From an uncultured Micavibrio sp. (GTDB lineage Bacteria > Pseudomonadota > Alphaproteobacteria > Micavibrionales > UBA2020), in the NCBI GenBank assembly GCA_964551435.1, contig CAZKBS010000001.1, positions 79,565 through 143,564 of the forward strand: a DNA stretch of 64,000 bases, written 5' to 3'. The notes beneath the pieces were generated by a model. The model saw only the letters and a program-made list of their open reading frames with translations, was not told where the DNA came from and searched no databases. Every line of letters starts with the position of its first letter. The stretch's first letter is position 1. Positions 9,804-19,605 of the stretch are shown here, one piece after another. The translations under genes and the position numbers were made by a program.

Positions 9804-10358
9804 CTAAATTTTCGGCATTTTTGCGCGGTCAAATGCGCAACTGATGGTCGCACCGCGCACCGCATCGGGAATGTCAAAGGTACGCTTCACGCCAGCCTGC
9901 AAATCATCTTCGAGCATATAAAGGCTGGCGCAGACAATACGCTGGGTCGGCGGGCCGCTGCGGATGGGACAAAACAGCATTTTTTGTCCCGCCGTATCGA
10001 AAACAGCCTGAAACGCCATGCTGTCCTGCGCGCCGCGGCGGCGCAGCGTCACATTCACGCGCTGGCTATCGCGCAGCGGGAAATAGGCTTCGTCAAAATC
10101 ATACCAGCCGCGCGCGAAACGCGCGGCGCCCTTGCCCACGATGCAGTTGACCGCACCGGCAGCGGCTTGCGCTGCGGGCGCTGCCTGCGCGGCAACAGGC
10201 TCGTCAACCATGTGATAATCCGGCGCGCGCGATGCCCCGCCCCATGACGGCAAGGACAAACCCGTTGTATTGCAGCCCGTGAGCAGCAGGCATACAAGAA
10301 AAGGCGCCGCCCAAAGCCGCGACAAACCAAGGCCGAAATCGAAAACGGAAGGTTTCAT
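9804..10358 (-). CDS. Putative lipoprotein
   Basis: Signal peptide with a lipobox (FLVCLLLTGC|NTTG). No family recognised. Confidence 0.55.
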   Translation of the reverse strand: MKPSVFDFGLGLSRLWAAPFLVCLLLTGCNTTGLSLPSWGGASRAPDYHMVDEPVAAQAAPAAQAAAGAVNCIVGKGAARFARGWYDFDEAYFPLRDSQRVNVTLRRRGAQDSMAFQAVFDTAGQKMLFCPIRSGPPTQRIVCASLYMLEDDLQAGVKRTFDIPDAVRGATISCAFDRAKMPKI

Positions 10359-10521
10359 ATTGTCATTTTCCCCCGGCCTGTATTTTAATAGTATAGAAGT
10401 TGCGATGCCAAGACCTTATGCGGCGCCTGCGGTCAAATCCGGCCTTTCGTAAAAAGGGGCGTTGTTTGCCGTGCGGCAACGTAGGGCGGAAAAACAAAAA
10501 TAAAACAAAGAAAGACAGCGC

Positions 10522-11685
10522 GTGTTTTTTAAACGGGCCACACTTTTCACCTGCTTCGGCTTCAAGGTCCGGGCGGATCTCAGCTGGGTATTTTTGTCCA
10601 TCCTGATTTACTGGATGCTGGCGACCAATACTTTTCCGCGCCTGATGCCGGGACATCATGCCGATGTATACCAGTTGATGTCGCTGTCGGCGCTGGGGCT
10701 TTTGATGGTGTCGATTATCGCGCATGAAGTCGCGCACGCGATTATCGCGGAGCACTACCAGATGCCGATTGAAAGCATCACGCTTTTCATCTTCGGCGGC
10801 GTTGCTGAAATGAAGGGCGAACCCAGCCACCCCAAAGGCGAATTCCTGATGGCGCTGGCAGGCCCCGCAATGAGCGCGCTGCTCGGCGGTATTTTCTATG
10901 GCGCCTATCAAACCTATCTGATTTACATGACCTACGATCCCGCCGCCGAAGTGCTGCGGTTTCTGGGCATCCTCAATCTTTTGATTGCAGGTTTCAACGT
11001 TATCCCCGCCTTTCCGCTCGATGGGGGGCGTGCGCTACGGGCTGTTATCTGGCAGGTGAAGGGCAATCTTGTTCTGGCGACGCGTATTGCCTCCAGCCTC
11101 GGCGCGGCTTTTGCCTATGCGCTTCTGGGCTATGCCGTCTGGCTGATTCTGAAATACAGCGACGTCATGTCGGGCATGTGGACAGGTATCATGGGGCTGT
11201 TTCTGCATGCGGCTGGCGGATACAACGTGCGCCAGACCGAGAACCGCACCCTGCTGGCGGCGGAAAAAGTCGCGCGGTTCATGCACAACAGTATCGTCAC
11301 CGTCACGCCTGACCTGACCATCAACGAAATGGTCGACCAGTATGTTTACAAACACTATCAAAAAGCCTTTCCGGTGCTGGAAAAAGGCAAGCTGGTCGGC
11401 GTTGTCACGCTGCAGGCGCTGCTGTCGCTTGACCGTCACAAATGGCACTGGCTGCATGTCGGCAGCGTGATGGAAAGACCGTCCGCCGATAACACGATCG
11501 CCATGGACGCCGGCGCTTATGACGCACTGGACCTGATGCAATCGCACGGGCGGGAATTGTTGATGGTCACGGGGGAAAACAACCAGTTTATGGGCGTTAT
11601 CAGCTTCCGCGATCTGGCTACATTTTTGTCGATCACCATGAAAATCGACCACGACAAACCTGTCGCGGAAAGCCGCAAGGCCTAA
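10522..11685 (+). CDS. Site-2 protease (M50) family metalloprotease with a C-terminal CBS pair
   Basis: Polytopic membrane protein with IIAHEVAHAIIAEH (HExxH). Two CBS-like units at the C-terminus (FMHNSIVTV...LVGVVTLQALL and LMVTGENNQFMGVISFRDL). GTG start. Confidence 0.8.
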   Translation: MFFKRATLFTCFGFKVRADLSWVFLSILIYWMLATNTFPRLMPGHHADVYQLMSLSALGLLMVSIIAHEVAHAIIAEHYQMPIESITLFIFGGVAEMKGEPSHPKGEFLMALAGPAMSALLGGIFYGAYQTYLIYMTYDPAAEVLRFLGILNLLIAGFNVIPAFPLDGGRALRAVIWQVKGNLVLATRIASSLGAAFAYALLGYAVWLILKYSDVMSGMWTGIMGLFLHAAGGYNVRQTENRTLLAAEKVARFMHNSIVTVTPDLTINEMVDQYVYKHYQKAFPVLEKGKLVGVVTLQALLSLDRHKWHWLHVGSVMERPSADNTIAMDAGAYDALDLMQSHGRELLMVTGENNQFMGVISFRDLATFLSITMKIDHDKPVAESRKA

Positions 11686-11702
11686 TAGCGCGATAACCGC
11701 AC

Positions 11703-11990
11703 CTAACTTTTTTTGGAACTACGCATCGCGCCGGGACGCTTCAGTCCCGGCTTGGGCGCCGTGTCATTCGGATACATTTCGGCACGCATCTGCTGCACTT
11801 CCCGCGCCATGCGGTTGAAGGCATCCAAAAGCTGGCGGTTGACTTGCAACAGCTGGCGCTGTTCATCGCGCAAGGATTTCACCTCATCGCGCAGCGCCTT
11901 GATGTCGCGCTGGTTGTCAGCCACCCCTTTGGCAGAGGTTTTGGCGTTATCGATGATCTCGCGCTTGTCGTAGTAGCTCCACTCGCTCAT
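11703..11990 (-). CDS. Small coiled-coil protein, paralog of the upstream gene
   Basis: 95 aa. Heptad-like core (ALRDEVKSLRDEQRQLLQVNRQLLDAFNRMAREVQQMRAEM) and a basic tail (KPGLKRPGAMRSSKKS). Confidence 0.5.
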   Translation of the reverse strand: MSEWSYYDKREIIDNAKTSAKGVADNQRDIKALRDEVKSLRDEQRQLLQVNRQLLDAFNRMAREVQQMRAEMYPNDTAPKPGLKRPGAMRSSKKS

Positions 11991-12268
11991 GGCAGGCTCC
12001 TGCGACGCGGCGGCTTTTGCGGGCGCAGGCTGGCCGGTTTTTGCATGGACGGCTTCAGGTCTTCGCGCAGCCCGCGAATTTCGCGCGTCATCCCCTCGAG
12101 AGCATCCGCGACGCGGTTGAAAGCACGCGCCATCTCGGCATCGTTTTTTATACCCTGATCGGATTGTTCCTTGAGCAGGCGGAGAAGTTTATGCGTGACC
12201 TCGTCGCCACTGCGCACCGCCGCGAGAATCTCGCGCACAACCTTCAGGTCTGTACTATCCATCGGCAT
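11987..12268 (-). CDS. Small coiled-coil protein, paralog of the downstream gene
   Basis: 93 aa. Shares the AFNR[VM]A...R..L/M core and a basic tail (SLRPQKPPRRRSLP). ATGA overlap with the next gene. Confidence 0.5.
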   Translation of the reverse strand: MPMDSTDLKVVREILAAVRSGDEVTHKLLRLLKEQSDQGIKNDAEMARAFNRVADALEGMTREIRGLREDLKPSMQKPASLRPQKPPRRRSLP

Positions 12269-12392
12269 GACGAATCTGCTTTCGGCGGTGAAAATGAAAC
12301 GGTCTATTTACCTAACAAGTCGCCATTAATATGTCAATAAACGATGGCGCTGCAAATCTGTCTGATTTTAAAGGGAAAGCACCCGAAAACCT

Positions 12393-12773
12393 TCACGTAC
12401 GGCTGTCGCGCCGCCATGCCGCGCCTGCCGCACATAGCCAGCCGAGCATCAAACTGACGCCGCCGTAGGGGACAGCTGCGCGCAGGCCCTCCGTCACGCC
12501 CAGCGTGCGCATATATATAAATCCCGAAAACACGAGAATACCGAGCGTGAAAAAAATGCCGGAGAGCATCAGAAACATATTGCGTCCCGCAGCACGCGCC
12601 CAGATGCCCAGCGCCAGCAAGGCGAGGGCATGCAGCATCTGGTATTGCACGGCCATTTGCATGCTGGCGCGCGCGGCATCATCGGCAAAGACCTGACCAT
12701 GGCTGGCATAGGCGCCGAGCGCGACACCCGATGCCCCCAAAACGCCCGCCAGTGTGATGAAGATCTTGTCCAT
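12393..12773 (-). CDS. DUF423 (YgdD-like) membrane protein
   Basis: MDKIFITLAGVLGASGVALGAYASHG... with four TM segments, the typical DUF423 layout. Start moved to 12773, downstream of the pyrE stop. Confidence 0.7.
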   Translation of the reverse strand: MDKIFITLAGVLGASGVALGAYASHGQVFADDAARASMQMAVQYQMLHALALLALGIWARAAGRNMFLMLSGIFFTLGILVFSGFIYMRTLGVTEGLRAAVPYGGVSLMLGWLCAAGAAWRRDSRT

Positions 12774-12790
12774 GCAAACCGTAGCAGACG

Positions 12791-13489
12791 TCAGGCCGAG
12801 GCGCTGCGCGTCGATGCGCCGCCGTGCGCCGCAGACCAACCCGCGGGATCGCCCAGAAACTTTTCAACCTCTGCCAGCACATCGGGGGCGAAGCTGCCGC
12901 GGCGGCGCGCTTCGGCCAATACGTCACGCCAGGTGCAGAGCGCATGCAGCGCGAGGCCGGCATCGCCGAGGATTTTCGCACTCTCCGGATAGATGCCGTA
13001 GAAAAAGACCGAGAAAACATCGCTAACCACCGCGCCCGCTTCGCGCAGGGCATCGGCGAAAGATACCTTGCTGGCGCCATCGGTGGCGAGGTCTTCGACC
13101 AAGAGAACCCGCGCCCCTTCGGGAAACTGCCCCTCGATACGCGCATTGCGGCCAAAGCCCTTGGGCTTTTTGCGCACATACAGCATCGGCTTGCCCAGCG
13201 TTTCGGACAGCCACGCGGCGTAGGAAATGCCCGCCGTCTCGCCGCCCGCAATATAGTCAACCTGCGCCATATCCAGCGCCGACGCGAGCTGCTCAGCGCC
13301 GAGGGAAATAATCTCCCGCCGCGCCTCCAGAAAGGAAATCACTTTGCGGCAATCGATATACACAGGGCTGGCCCACCCGGAGGTGAAGATATATGGCGTC
13401 GCCGCATTGAAATGCACCGCACCGATATCCAGCAAAAGAGAAGCGACCCGTGCGGCGGCGGCATCACGGTTGAACGAAGAGGATGTCAT
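12791..13489 (-). CDS. pyrE: Orotate phosphoribosyltransferase
   Basis: PRPP-binding motif VLLVEDLATDGASK. Also FTSGWASPVYIDCR and IAGGETAGI. Confidence 0.9.
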   Translation of the reverse strand: MTSSSFNRDAAAARVASLLLDIGAVHFNAATPYIFTSGWASPVYIDCRKVISFLEARREIISLGAEQLASALDMAQVDYIAGGETAGISYAAWLSETLGKPMLYVRKKPKGFGRNARIEGQFPEGARVLLVEDLATDGASKVSFADALREAGAVVSDVFSVFFYGIYPESAKILGDAGLALHALCTWRDVLAEARRRGSFAPDVLAEVEKFLGDPAGWSAAHGGASTRSASA

Positions 13490-13504
13490 GGAAAGCTCCC
13501 TGTA

Positions 13505-13864
13505 TCAGTCGAAGAACCCGCGGCCGCGGCGGCTGGGCGGGGCGAAAATCCAGAAATTCCGGAGAAGAAGGCCGATGCTGAAAAAAATGATTTCTGCGCC
13601 AAGGCAACCGCCGAGCGCGAACAGCAGAAAATATTCACGGCGATTTTCGGGGGACATGTCGCTGTAGATATAGGCGCAGAGCCCGACGCAGAACATCGCG
13701 AACATGCCGACGACCGTCCAGTTGAAGGCCTTGAGCAGACGTTCGTTCACATAGCGCGGCTGAAACGAGAAAAAGGCCCACAAAACCCCAAGGGCGATAA
13801 TACCGAGCAGAAAAATGAAAGTACCGATCATGCCGGCGGCTCCTGTACACATCAGGCGCGGCAA
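13505..13864 (-). CDS. Small polytopic membrane protein, unknown function
   Basis: Three hydrophobic segments. The exact start is uncertain. Confidence 0.45.
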   Translation of the reverse strand: MPRLMCTGAAGMIGTFIFLLGIIALGVLWAFFSFQPRYVNERLLKAFNWTVVGMFAMFCVGLCAYIYSDMSPENRREYFLLFALGGCLGAEIIFFSIGLLLRNFWIFAPPSRRGRGFFD

Positions 13865-13943
13865 GCATGTCCGCGCCTGATTGTTTTAACCTTTTTAGCT
13901 CTATGTGGCAACCGCCTGCGGCAAAGGCAGGCGCGTACCTGTG

Positions 13944-14345
13944 TCAGGCAACCTGGGATTCGACAAACTGCATGGCATGGATGCCATCCAATACTTTCCG
14001 GAAACGGCGCTGCATATCCGGCGTGGTTTGCACGAATTCGGTCGCAATGCGCTTTTTCATGGCGCGGACGACCCGGCCCGTCTGGCGGATGGTGATGGTT
14101 TCATGCGGCAGGCGGAAACGGATATTCATATCAATATCCTGACCGGGGGCCGGGTTGCCGTCCGCTTCAAAGCAAAGGCCGCCCATGCTCCAGTCCCGCA
14201 GGTTGTAGGTACGGCCGTTCACTTCCACTTCCGCTTCTACACCTGATTGACGGATATCGTGCCGGACGTGCCGGCGGCGCCATTCGGAGGCTCCGTTCAG
14301 GGAGCCATCGCCGAGGCCGAGTATGTTAAGGAGACGATCGATCAT
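13944..14345 (-). CDS. Single-domain PilZ protein (putative c-di-GMP receptor)
   Basis: RRRHVRHD (RxxxR) followed by NLRDWSMGGLCF (D/NxSxxG). Confidence 0.75.
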   Translation of the reverse strand: MIDRLLNILGLGDGSLNGASEWRRRHVRHDIRQSGVEAEVEVNGRTYNLRDWSMGGLCFEADGNPAPGQDIDMNIRFRLPHETITIRQTGRVVRAMKKRIATEFVQTTPDMQRRFRKVLDGIHAMQFVESQVA

Positions 14346-14449
14346 CGGGCTCCTCCTTTCTCTCTTGTTTCATTTTCTAGGCCGCAACGGCAGAAAGTCA
14401 AGCTTTTCAATGTCATAATCTTGAACAATCGTTAAAAACTTAGAATGTT

Positions 14450-14469
14450 TTATAATTATGTAATTATAA
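14450..14469. promoter_or_regulatory. Perfect palindrome (operator-like) in the divergent PilZ / rpmI intergenic region
   Basis: TTATAATTA-tg-TAATTATAA, with 9-bp arms, inside an AT-rich island. Confidence 0.4.
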
Positions 14470-14523
14470 ATTGTCAAGCCCTGCCTTGTTGCCATATTTT
14501 TGATGACGGAATATGGCTTTTCC

Positions 14524-14553
14524 TTGACTCAAGACAAGGCTTTCCCCTATAAA
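14524..14553 (+). promoter_or_regulatory. Candidate sigma-70-type promoter for rpmI-rplT
   Basis: TTGACT, 18 nt, TATAAA, about 100 nt upstream of the rpmI ATG. Confidence 0.4.
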
Positions 14554-14652
14554 AACCCACCAAAAGCAGCCTTTACGGAGGTTGCGGCGGTACGCTGGCT
14601 CGTATTTGGCTGCCTCGCGTGCCGCTGAACGTTTAATTGAAAGGAAAAGAAA

Positions 14653-14937
14653 ATGCCAAAGATGAAGACCCACTCGGGCGCTAAAAAGCGTTTTAGTGTG
14701 ACCCGCCGCGGTAAAGTACAAGCCCGCGCTGCACACAAACGCCACCGCCTGGTCAGCAAATCCAAGAAAATGAAACGTGACAGCCGTGCGACGCTGATTA
14801 TGGCGGACATGGATGCGAAGATCATTCTCGACAACTTCCTGCCCTACGAGCGCAGCAAAAAGCGCAAAACGCGCCAGCAGCTGAAAAAGCAAATGCAGCT
14901 CAATGCAAAAAATAAAGCGAAGAAGGAGGCTGCATAA
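14653..14937 (+). CDS. rpmI: 50S ribosomal protein L35 with a Lys-rich C-terminal extension
   Basis: [14 protein letters not shown]...LPYE matches full-length L35. The ORF then continues 28 aa ([28 protein letters not shown]) to a TAATG junction with rplT. Confidence 0.9.
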   Translation: MPKMKTHSGAKKRFSVTRRGKVQARAAHKRHRLVSKSKKMKRDSRATLIMADMDAKIILDNFLPYERSKKRKTRQQLKKQMQLNAKNKAKKEAA

Positions 14938-15305
14938 TGGCCCGCGTTAAAGGTGGTACCGCCTCGATCAATCGTCACAAAAAAGTCCTGCGTCTGGCAA
15001 AAGGCTATCGTGGCCGCAGCAGCAAATGCTTCCGCATTGCGCTCGAGCGTCTCGAAAAAGCCCTGCGCTATGCATACCGCGACCGCCGCGCCAAGAAAGC
15101 GGAATTCCGCGGTCTGTGGATCCAGCGTATCAACGCCGGCGCACGCCTGAACGGCCTGACCTACTCCAAACTGATGGGCGGCCTGAAACTAGCCGGCATC
15201 ACGCTGGACCGCAAAGTCCTGTCGGACATCGCCCTGCGCGATCCCGCCGGCTTTGCCAGCATCGCCGAACAGGCGAAAGCTGCTCTGGCTAAAAAAGCCG
15301 CTTAA
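14937..15305 (+). CDS. rplT: 50S ribosomal protein L20
   Basis: [27 protein letters not shown]...[24 protein letters not shown]. Confidence 0.95.
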   Translation: MARVKGGTASINRHKKVLRLAKGYRGRSSKCFRIALERLEKALRYAYRDRRAKKAEFRGLWIQRINAGARLNGLTYSKLMGGLKLAGITLDRKVLSDIALRDPAGFASIAEQAKAALAKKAA

Positions 15306-15329
15306 CCGCGCTTTGAGGCAAAGAACAAA

Positions 15330-15366
15330 AACCGCGAATGGCCCCGCCATTCGCGGTTTTCTTTTG
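15330..15366 (+). terminator. Rho-independent terminator after rplT
   Basis: AACCGCGAATGG-cccg-CCATTCGCGGTT followed by ttcttttg. Confidence 0.85.
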
Positions 15367-15435
15367 CGGCCGGAAAATGCTAAACAGGGAACAGCTAAAA
15401 CAACCGGTTTTGCTGCACCCATAATGGAATAGCCC

Positions 15436-16797
15436 ATGGCCAAAGCCCAACGCCTATACGTCTGCCAGACCTGCGGCGCGACCCATAACAAATGGGCCGG
15501 CAAGTGCGAGGCCTGCGGCGAGTGGAACAGCATCGTCGAGGAAATTTCCGAATCCCGTCCGCCGCAAGGCCTCAGCCGCGGCCGCGGCAAGGTGATTGAA
15601 TTCGCCGCGCTGTCCGGCGCGTCCGAAGCATCGCCGCGCCGCAAAAGCGGCATCGAGGAATTCGATCGCGTCACGGGCGGCGGGCTTGTGCCCGGCTCCG
15701 CGGTGCTGATCGGCGGCGATCCCGGTATCGGCAAATCGACCCTGCTGCTGCAGGTCATGGCGAAACTTTCCGCGCAGGGCCGCTGCGCCTATGTCTCGGG
15801 CGAGGAAGCGATTGACCAGGTGCGCATGCGCGCGCGCCGCCTTGACTGCGACAAAACGCCCGTCGCGCTCGCCGCGGCGACCAACGTGCGCGACATCATC
15901 GAAACGCTGGAGCGTGAAAAAATCGACGTTATCGTCATCGATTCCATCCAGACCATGTATCTCGACAATCTGGATTCCGCCCCCGGCACCGTGGCGCAGG
16001 TCCGCGCAAGCGCGCAGGAACTGATCCGCACCGCCAAAAAGCACGGCACTTCGGTTCTTCTGGTCGGCCATGTCACCAAGGAAGGCCAGATCGCCGGCCC
16101 GCGCGTACTGGAACACATGGTCGATACCGTTCTTTATTTCGAAGGCGACCGTGGTCACACTTTCCGCATTCTGCGCGCGGTCAAAAACCGTTTTGGCGCG
16201 ACGGATGAAATCGGCGTCTTCGAAATGGCCGAACAGGGATTGGCGGAAGTTGAAAATCCTTCCGCCCTGTTCCTTGCACAAAGGCAGGAGCAGATTTCCG
16301 GCAGCGCCGTTTTCGCCGGCATGGAAGGCACGCGCCCCGTGCTGGTCGAGGCGCAGGCGCTGGTCGCCCCCTCGCCGCTCGGCACGCCGCGCCGCGCCGT
16401 CATCGGCTGGGACAGCAGCCGCCTGTCGATGGTGCTGGCGGTGCTGGAGGCACGCTGCGGCGTGCAAATCGGCCCGAATGACGTATACCTGAACATCGCG
16501 GGCGGCCTGCGCGTGACGGAGCCTGCCGCCGACCTTGCGGTTGCGGTCGCGCTTGTCAGCTCGATGTCCGGCGTGCCCGTGCCCGCCGATATGGTGATTT
16601 TCGGCGAGATCGGCCTGTCGGGTGAAGTGCGTAACGTCGGCCAGGCCGACCACAGATTGAAAGAAGCGGCGAAGCTCGGCTTTCGCCACGCCCTCATTCC
16701 CGCCACAGGCGGCAAGCCGCCGCTGAAGCCCGAGGGCATGAAACTGACACAAATCCGGCACCTGAAAGACATGCTGCCGCTGTTTACGGAGGAGTAA
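15436..16797 (+). CDS. radA: DNA repair protein RadA
   Basis: N-terminal Zn ribbon (CQTCGATHNKWAGKCEACGEWN), Walker A (GGDPGIGKSTLLLQ), KNRFG motif and a Lon-like C-terminus. Confidence 0.95.
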   Translation: MAKAQRLYVCQTCGATHNKWAGKCEACGEWNSIVEEISESRPPQGLSRGRGKVIEFAALSGASEASPRRKSGIEEFDRVTGGGLVPGSAVLIGGDPGIGKSTLLLQVMAKLSAQGRCAYVSGEEAIDQVRMRARRLDCDKTPVALAAATNVRDIIETLEREKIDVIVIDSIQTMYLDNLDSAPGTVAQVRASAQELIRTAKKHGTSVLLVGHVTKEGQIAGPRVLEHMVDTVLYFEGDRGHTFRILRAVKNRFGATDEIGVFEMAEQGLAEVENPSALFLAQRQEQISGSAVFAGMEGTRPVLVEAQALVAPSPLGTPRRAVIGWDSSRLSMVLAVLEARCGVQIGPNDVYLNIAGGLRVTEPAADLAVAVALVSSMSGVPVPADMVIFGEIGLSGEVRNVGQADHRLKEAAKLGFRHALIPATGGKPPLKPEGMKLTQIRHLKDMLPLFTEE

Positions 16798-16803
16798 GAC
16801 CCC

Positions 16804-17541
16804 ATGACCCCCATCATTCTCGATACCGCGGTCATTATCGTCATTCTGCTTTCGGTCATTGTCGCGTTTTTCCGCGGCTTTGTGAAAGAAGTGCTGACCA
16901 TCGTCAACCTCATCGGTGCGGCAGCCGCATCGTGGTATCTGGGCGGACAGTTCAGCCCTGCCTTCCAGAAATGGATGGGCGCCGGGCAGCCGCTGGCCGC
17001 AGGGGAAAAACCGCATAAAGTCCTCGGCCTTGTACCGCCGGAAGTTGCAGGCACGTTCCTGTCTTACTTTGCCGTGTTTTTCGTGACGCTGATTATCCTC
17101 GCCCTTGCCGGGATGGCGATTTCGGGCAGCGTGAAGGCGATGGGTCTTGGCCCGCTCGATAAATTCCTCGGCATGGTGTTTGGCGCGCTGCGCGGATTTT
17201 TGCTGGTGCTACTGGTGTACGCACCCTTCGCGCATTTCATGCCGCCGGATAAAGAAAAATATCCGCAGTGGGCGGAAGAATCGCTCAGCTTCGGCATTCT
17301 CGATTCCAGCTACCGCTGGGTAAAAGATACCTTCGGCGATAAAGAACCCGCCGCAGGCGAACCGCAGGAAGAAGAAGGCCCGCTTGGCCGCCGTCTCAAG
17401 AAAATGGGTGATGACATTCTGCGCGAGCAGGAAAAGAAATCCACCGCCCCGCAGGAAGGCGCGATCGAGACCTATCATGACGTCACCGAAGATATCCGCG
17501 GCGAGATTCTGTCCGACGAAGAAAGCCACGCCCGTCCATGA
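16804..17541 (+). CDS. cvpA: CvpA-family membrane protein
   Basis: ILDTAVIIVILLSVIVAFFRGFVKEVLTI plus further TM segments. Conserved radA-cvpA adjacency. Confidence 0.75.
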   Translation: MTPIILDTAVIIVILLSVIVAFFRGFVKEVLTIVNLIGAAAASWYLGGQFSPAFQKWMGAGQPLAAGEKPHKVLGLVPPEVAGTFLSYFAVFFVTLIILALAGMAISGSVKAMGLGPLDKFLGMVFGALRGFLLVLLVYAPFAHFMPPDKEKYPQWAEESLSFGILDSSYRWVKDTFGDKEPAAGEPQEEEGPLGRRLKKMGDDILREQEKKSTAPQEGAIETYHDVTEDIRGEILSDEESHARP

Positions 17542-17900
17542 GCCAGAAAAAGAACAAAAAGCACGCCAAATCGTCCGGTGGCGGCCTGCGCCGCTTCGCA
17601 CTTTGCGTTTTGCTGGTTTGCGCCGCACTGGTCGCGGCGCTGAGCTTCAGCGAGCGCAAGCACTGGCCGGAAAAACTGCGCAACGAAGACGCCGTGATTG
17701 CCCTTTATAAAACGCGTGACGAGATTATCGAGCGTATCTGGTCGCGCGGCGATGTCACCATCGACGTGCTGCCCGCGCAAAGCAAAGCGAAAGAGCCCAT
17801 CAACATCCGTCCGGCCAAGGCCAAGCCAGAACACGGCTATGCCCCCAAAGACCGCGCCAAGCTGGACGCGCTGATCGAGAAAGAAGGAGAGCTGAAATGA
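17538..17900 (+). CDS. Hypothetical single-pass membrane protein
   Basis: Basic N-terminus plus one TM (FALCVLLVCAALVAALSF). ATGA-type overlaps with both neighbours. Confidence 0.5.
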   Translation: MSQKKNKKHAKSSGGGLRRFALCVLLVCAALVAALSFSERKHWPEKLRNEDAVIALYKTRDEIIERIWSRGDVTIDVLPAQSKAKEPINIRPAKAKPEHGYAPKDRAKLDALIEKEGELK

Positions 17901-18631
17901 CGACCGCAGCCGCACAGGGAAACACCGGCGGGCGCCTCGAAGGCCGCCTTGCCCTCGTCACCGGCGCATCGCGCGGACTGGGCGCGGCTGTCGCCGAAGC
18001 CTATGCCCGCGAAGGCGCGCATGTCATCCTGCTCGCCCGCACGCAAGGTGCGCTTGAAGAAGTGGACGACCGTATTCAGGCCGCGGGCGGCACGGCGACG
18101 CTGCTGCCGTTTGACCTGATGGAGCATAAAAAAATCCCCGCCCTCGGCGCCGCGATTGCGGAGCGTTTTGGCAAGCTGGATATTCTGGCCGCCTGCGCCG
18201 CCACGTTGGGCGCGCTGTCGCCCGTGGCCCTGTCCGACGCCAAAGTTTATGACGAGGTTATGCGCGTCAATTTCATGGCCAATGTGCATTTGCTGCGGAG
18301 CCTCGACGGGCTTTTGCGCGGCAGCATCGCGGGCCGCGCGATTTTCGTGACCGATCACACGCTGGGCGAGACAAGCCCATTCTGGAGCGCCTACCGCGCG
18401 AGCAAGGCAGCGCTTGAGGTCATGGCCGCAACCTATGCGCAGGAAGTATCGTTCAGCCCGCTGCGCGTCAATGTGGTCAATCCGGGCCGCCTGCGCACCG
18501 AACTGCGCGCCGCGGCTTTCCCCGGCGAAAACGCCGCCCTGCTGACGCCACCTGAAAAGGTGACAGATATTTTCGTGCGCCTTGCCGCGGAAGAATGCAG
18601 CGATACAGGCCGTATCGTCGCCGCCGCATGA
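17897..18631 (+). CDS. SDR-family oxidoreductase
   Basis: VTGASRGLG cofactor motif and the YRASKAAL catalytic YxxxK. Confidence 0.8.
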   Translation: MTTAAAQGNTGGRLEGRLALVTGASRGLGAAVAEAYAREGAHVILLARTQGALEEVDDRIQAAGGTATLLPFDLMEHKKIPALGAAIAERFGKLDILAACAATLGALSPVALSDAKVYDEVMRVNFMANVHLLRSLDGLLRGSIAGRAIFVTDHTLGETSPFWSAYRASKAALEVMAATYAQEVSFSPLRVNVVNPGRLRTELRAAAFPGENAALLTPPEKVTDIFVRLAAEECSDTGRIVAAA

Positions 18632-19590
18632 ATACGCCGAACCCCCATCTGCACGGGTCGAACCCGAAGCTGCAGCTGGAACTGAAGCTGAAGCGCATGG
18701 CGACCACCGCCAGCATCACGGTCGCCACGATTTTGATCATCACCAAGGTCACCGCCTTTCTGATGACCAATTCGGTGAGCCTGCTGTCGTCGCTGATGGA
18801 TTCGTTTTTCGATTTGCTGGCATCGCTCGTGACCATGCTCGGCGTCATGCATGCGGCGACGCCCGCCGACGAAGACCACCGCTTCGGTCACGGCAAGCTG
18901 GAGGCGCTGGCGGCGCTGGCGCAGTCGATTTTCGTTTTCGGCTCGTCGATGTTCCTGATGGTCGAATCGGCACGCCGCATCCTGAACCCCGAACCTTTGA
19001 AAGACGCCGATATCGGCATTCTGGTCATGCTGCTGTCGATTATTCTGACGGCGAGCCTGATCAGCTTCCAGCGCTATGTGGTCAAGAAAACCAAATCCGT
19101 CGCGATATCGGCCGACCGCCTGCACTATACGGGCGATTTGATGATGAACACGACGGTCATCGCCGCGCTGCTGCTGGCCAAATACACCGAATGGCCGTAT
19201 TTCGATCCGCTGTTCGCGGTCATCATCGCCGTTTTGCTGCTGCGCGGCGCCTGGGGCATCCTGATATCGTCGGCGGATATTCTGATGGACAAGGAACTGC
19301 CCGACGAAGATCGGCGCAAAATCGAAGACATCGCAACGTCCCACCCGCATGTCGTGTCCATCCACGACTTGCGCACCCGCAGCACGGGCAACCACGTATT
19401 CATCGAGTTCCATGTGGAGATGGACGGCGAGATGTCGCTGAACCGCGCGCATGACATCACGGAGGAGCTGGAGAAAAAACTCTACGCCGCCTTCCCCAAA
19501 GCGGAAATCCTGATGCATCAGGAACCGGCGGGCATTGACGACCACCGCCTCGACCACCGCATTCAATCGGCGCCCGCAGGCGGCAAATAG
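18628..19590 (+). CDS. Cation diffusion facilitator family transporter (FieF-like)
   Basis: Six TM segments, with LMDSFFDLLAS and HYTGDLMMN motifs and a C-terminal cytoplasmic domain. Start set at the ATGA overlap with the SDR stop. Confidence 0.8.
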   Translation: MNTPNPHLHGSNPKLQLELKLKRMATTASITVATILIITKVTAFLMTNSVSLLSSLMDSFFDLLASLVTMLGVMHAATPADEDHRFGHGKLEALAALAQSIFVFGSSMFLMVESARRILNPEPLKDADIGILVMLLSIILTASLISFQRYVVKKTKSVAISADRLHYTGDLMMNTTVIAALLLAKYTEWPYFDPLFAVIIAVLLLRGAWGILISSADILMDKELPDEDRRKIEDIATSHPHVVSIHDLRTRSTGNHVFIEFHVEMDGEMSLNRAHDITEELEKKLYAAFPKAEILMHQEPAGIDDHRLDHRIQSAPAGGK

Positions 19591-19605
19591 GCCGCAAACA
19601 AGAAA

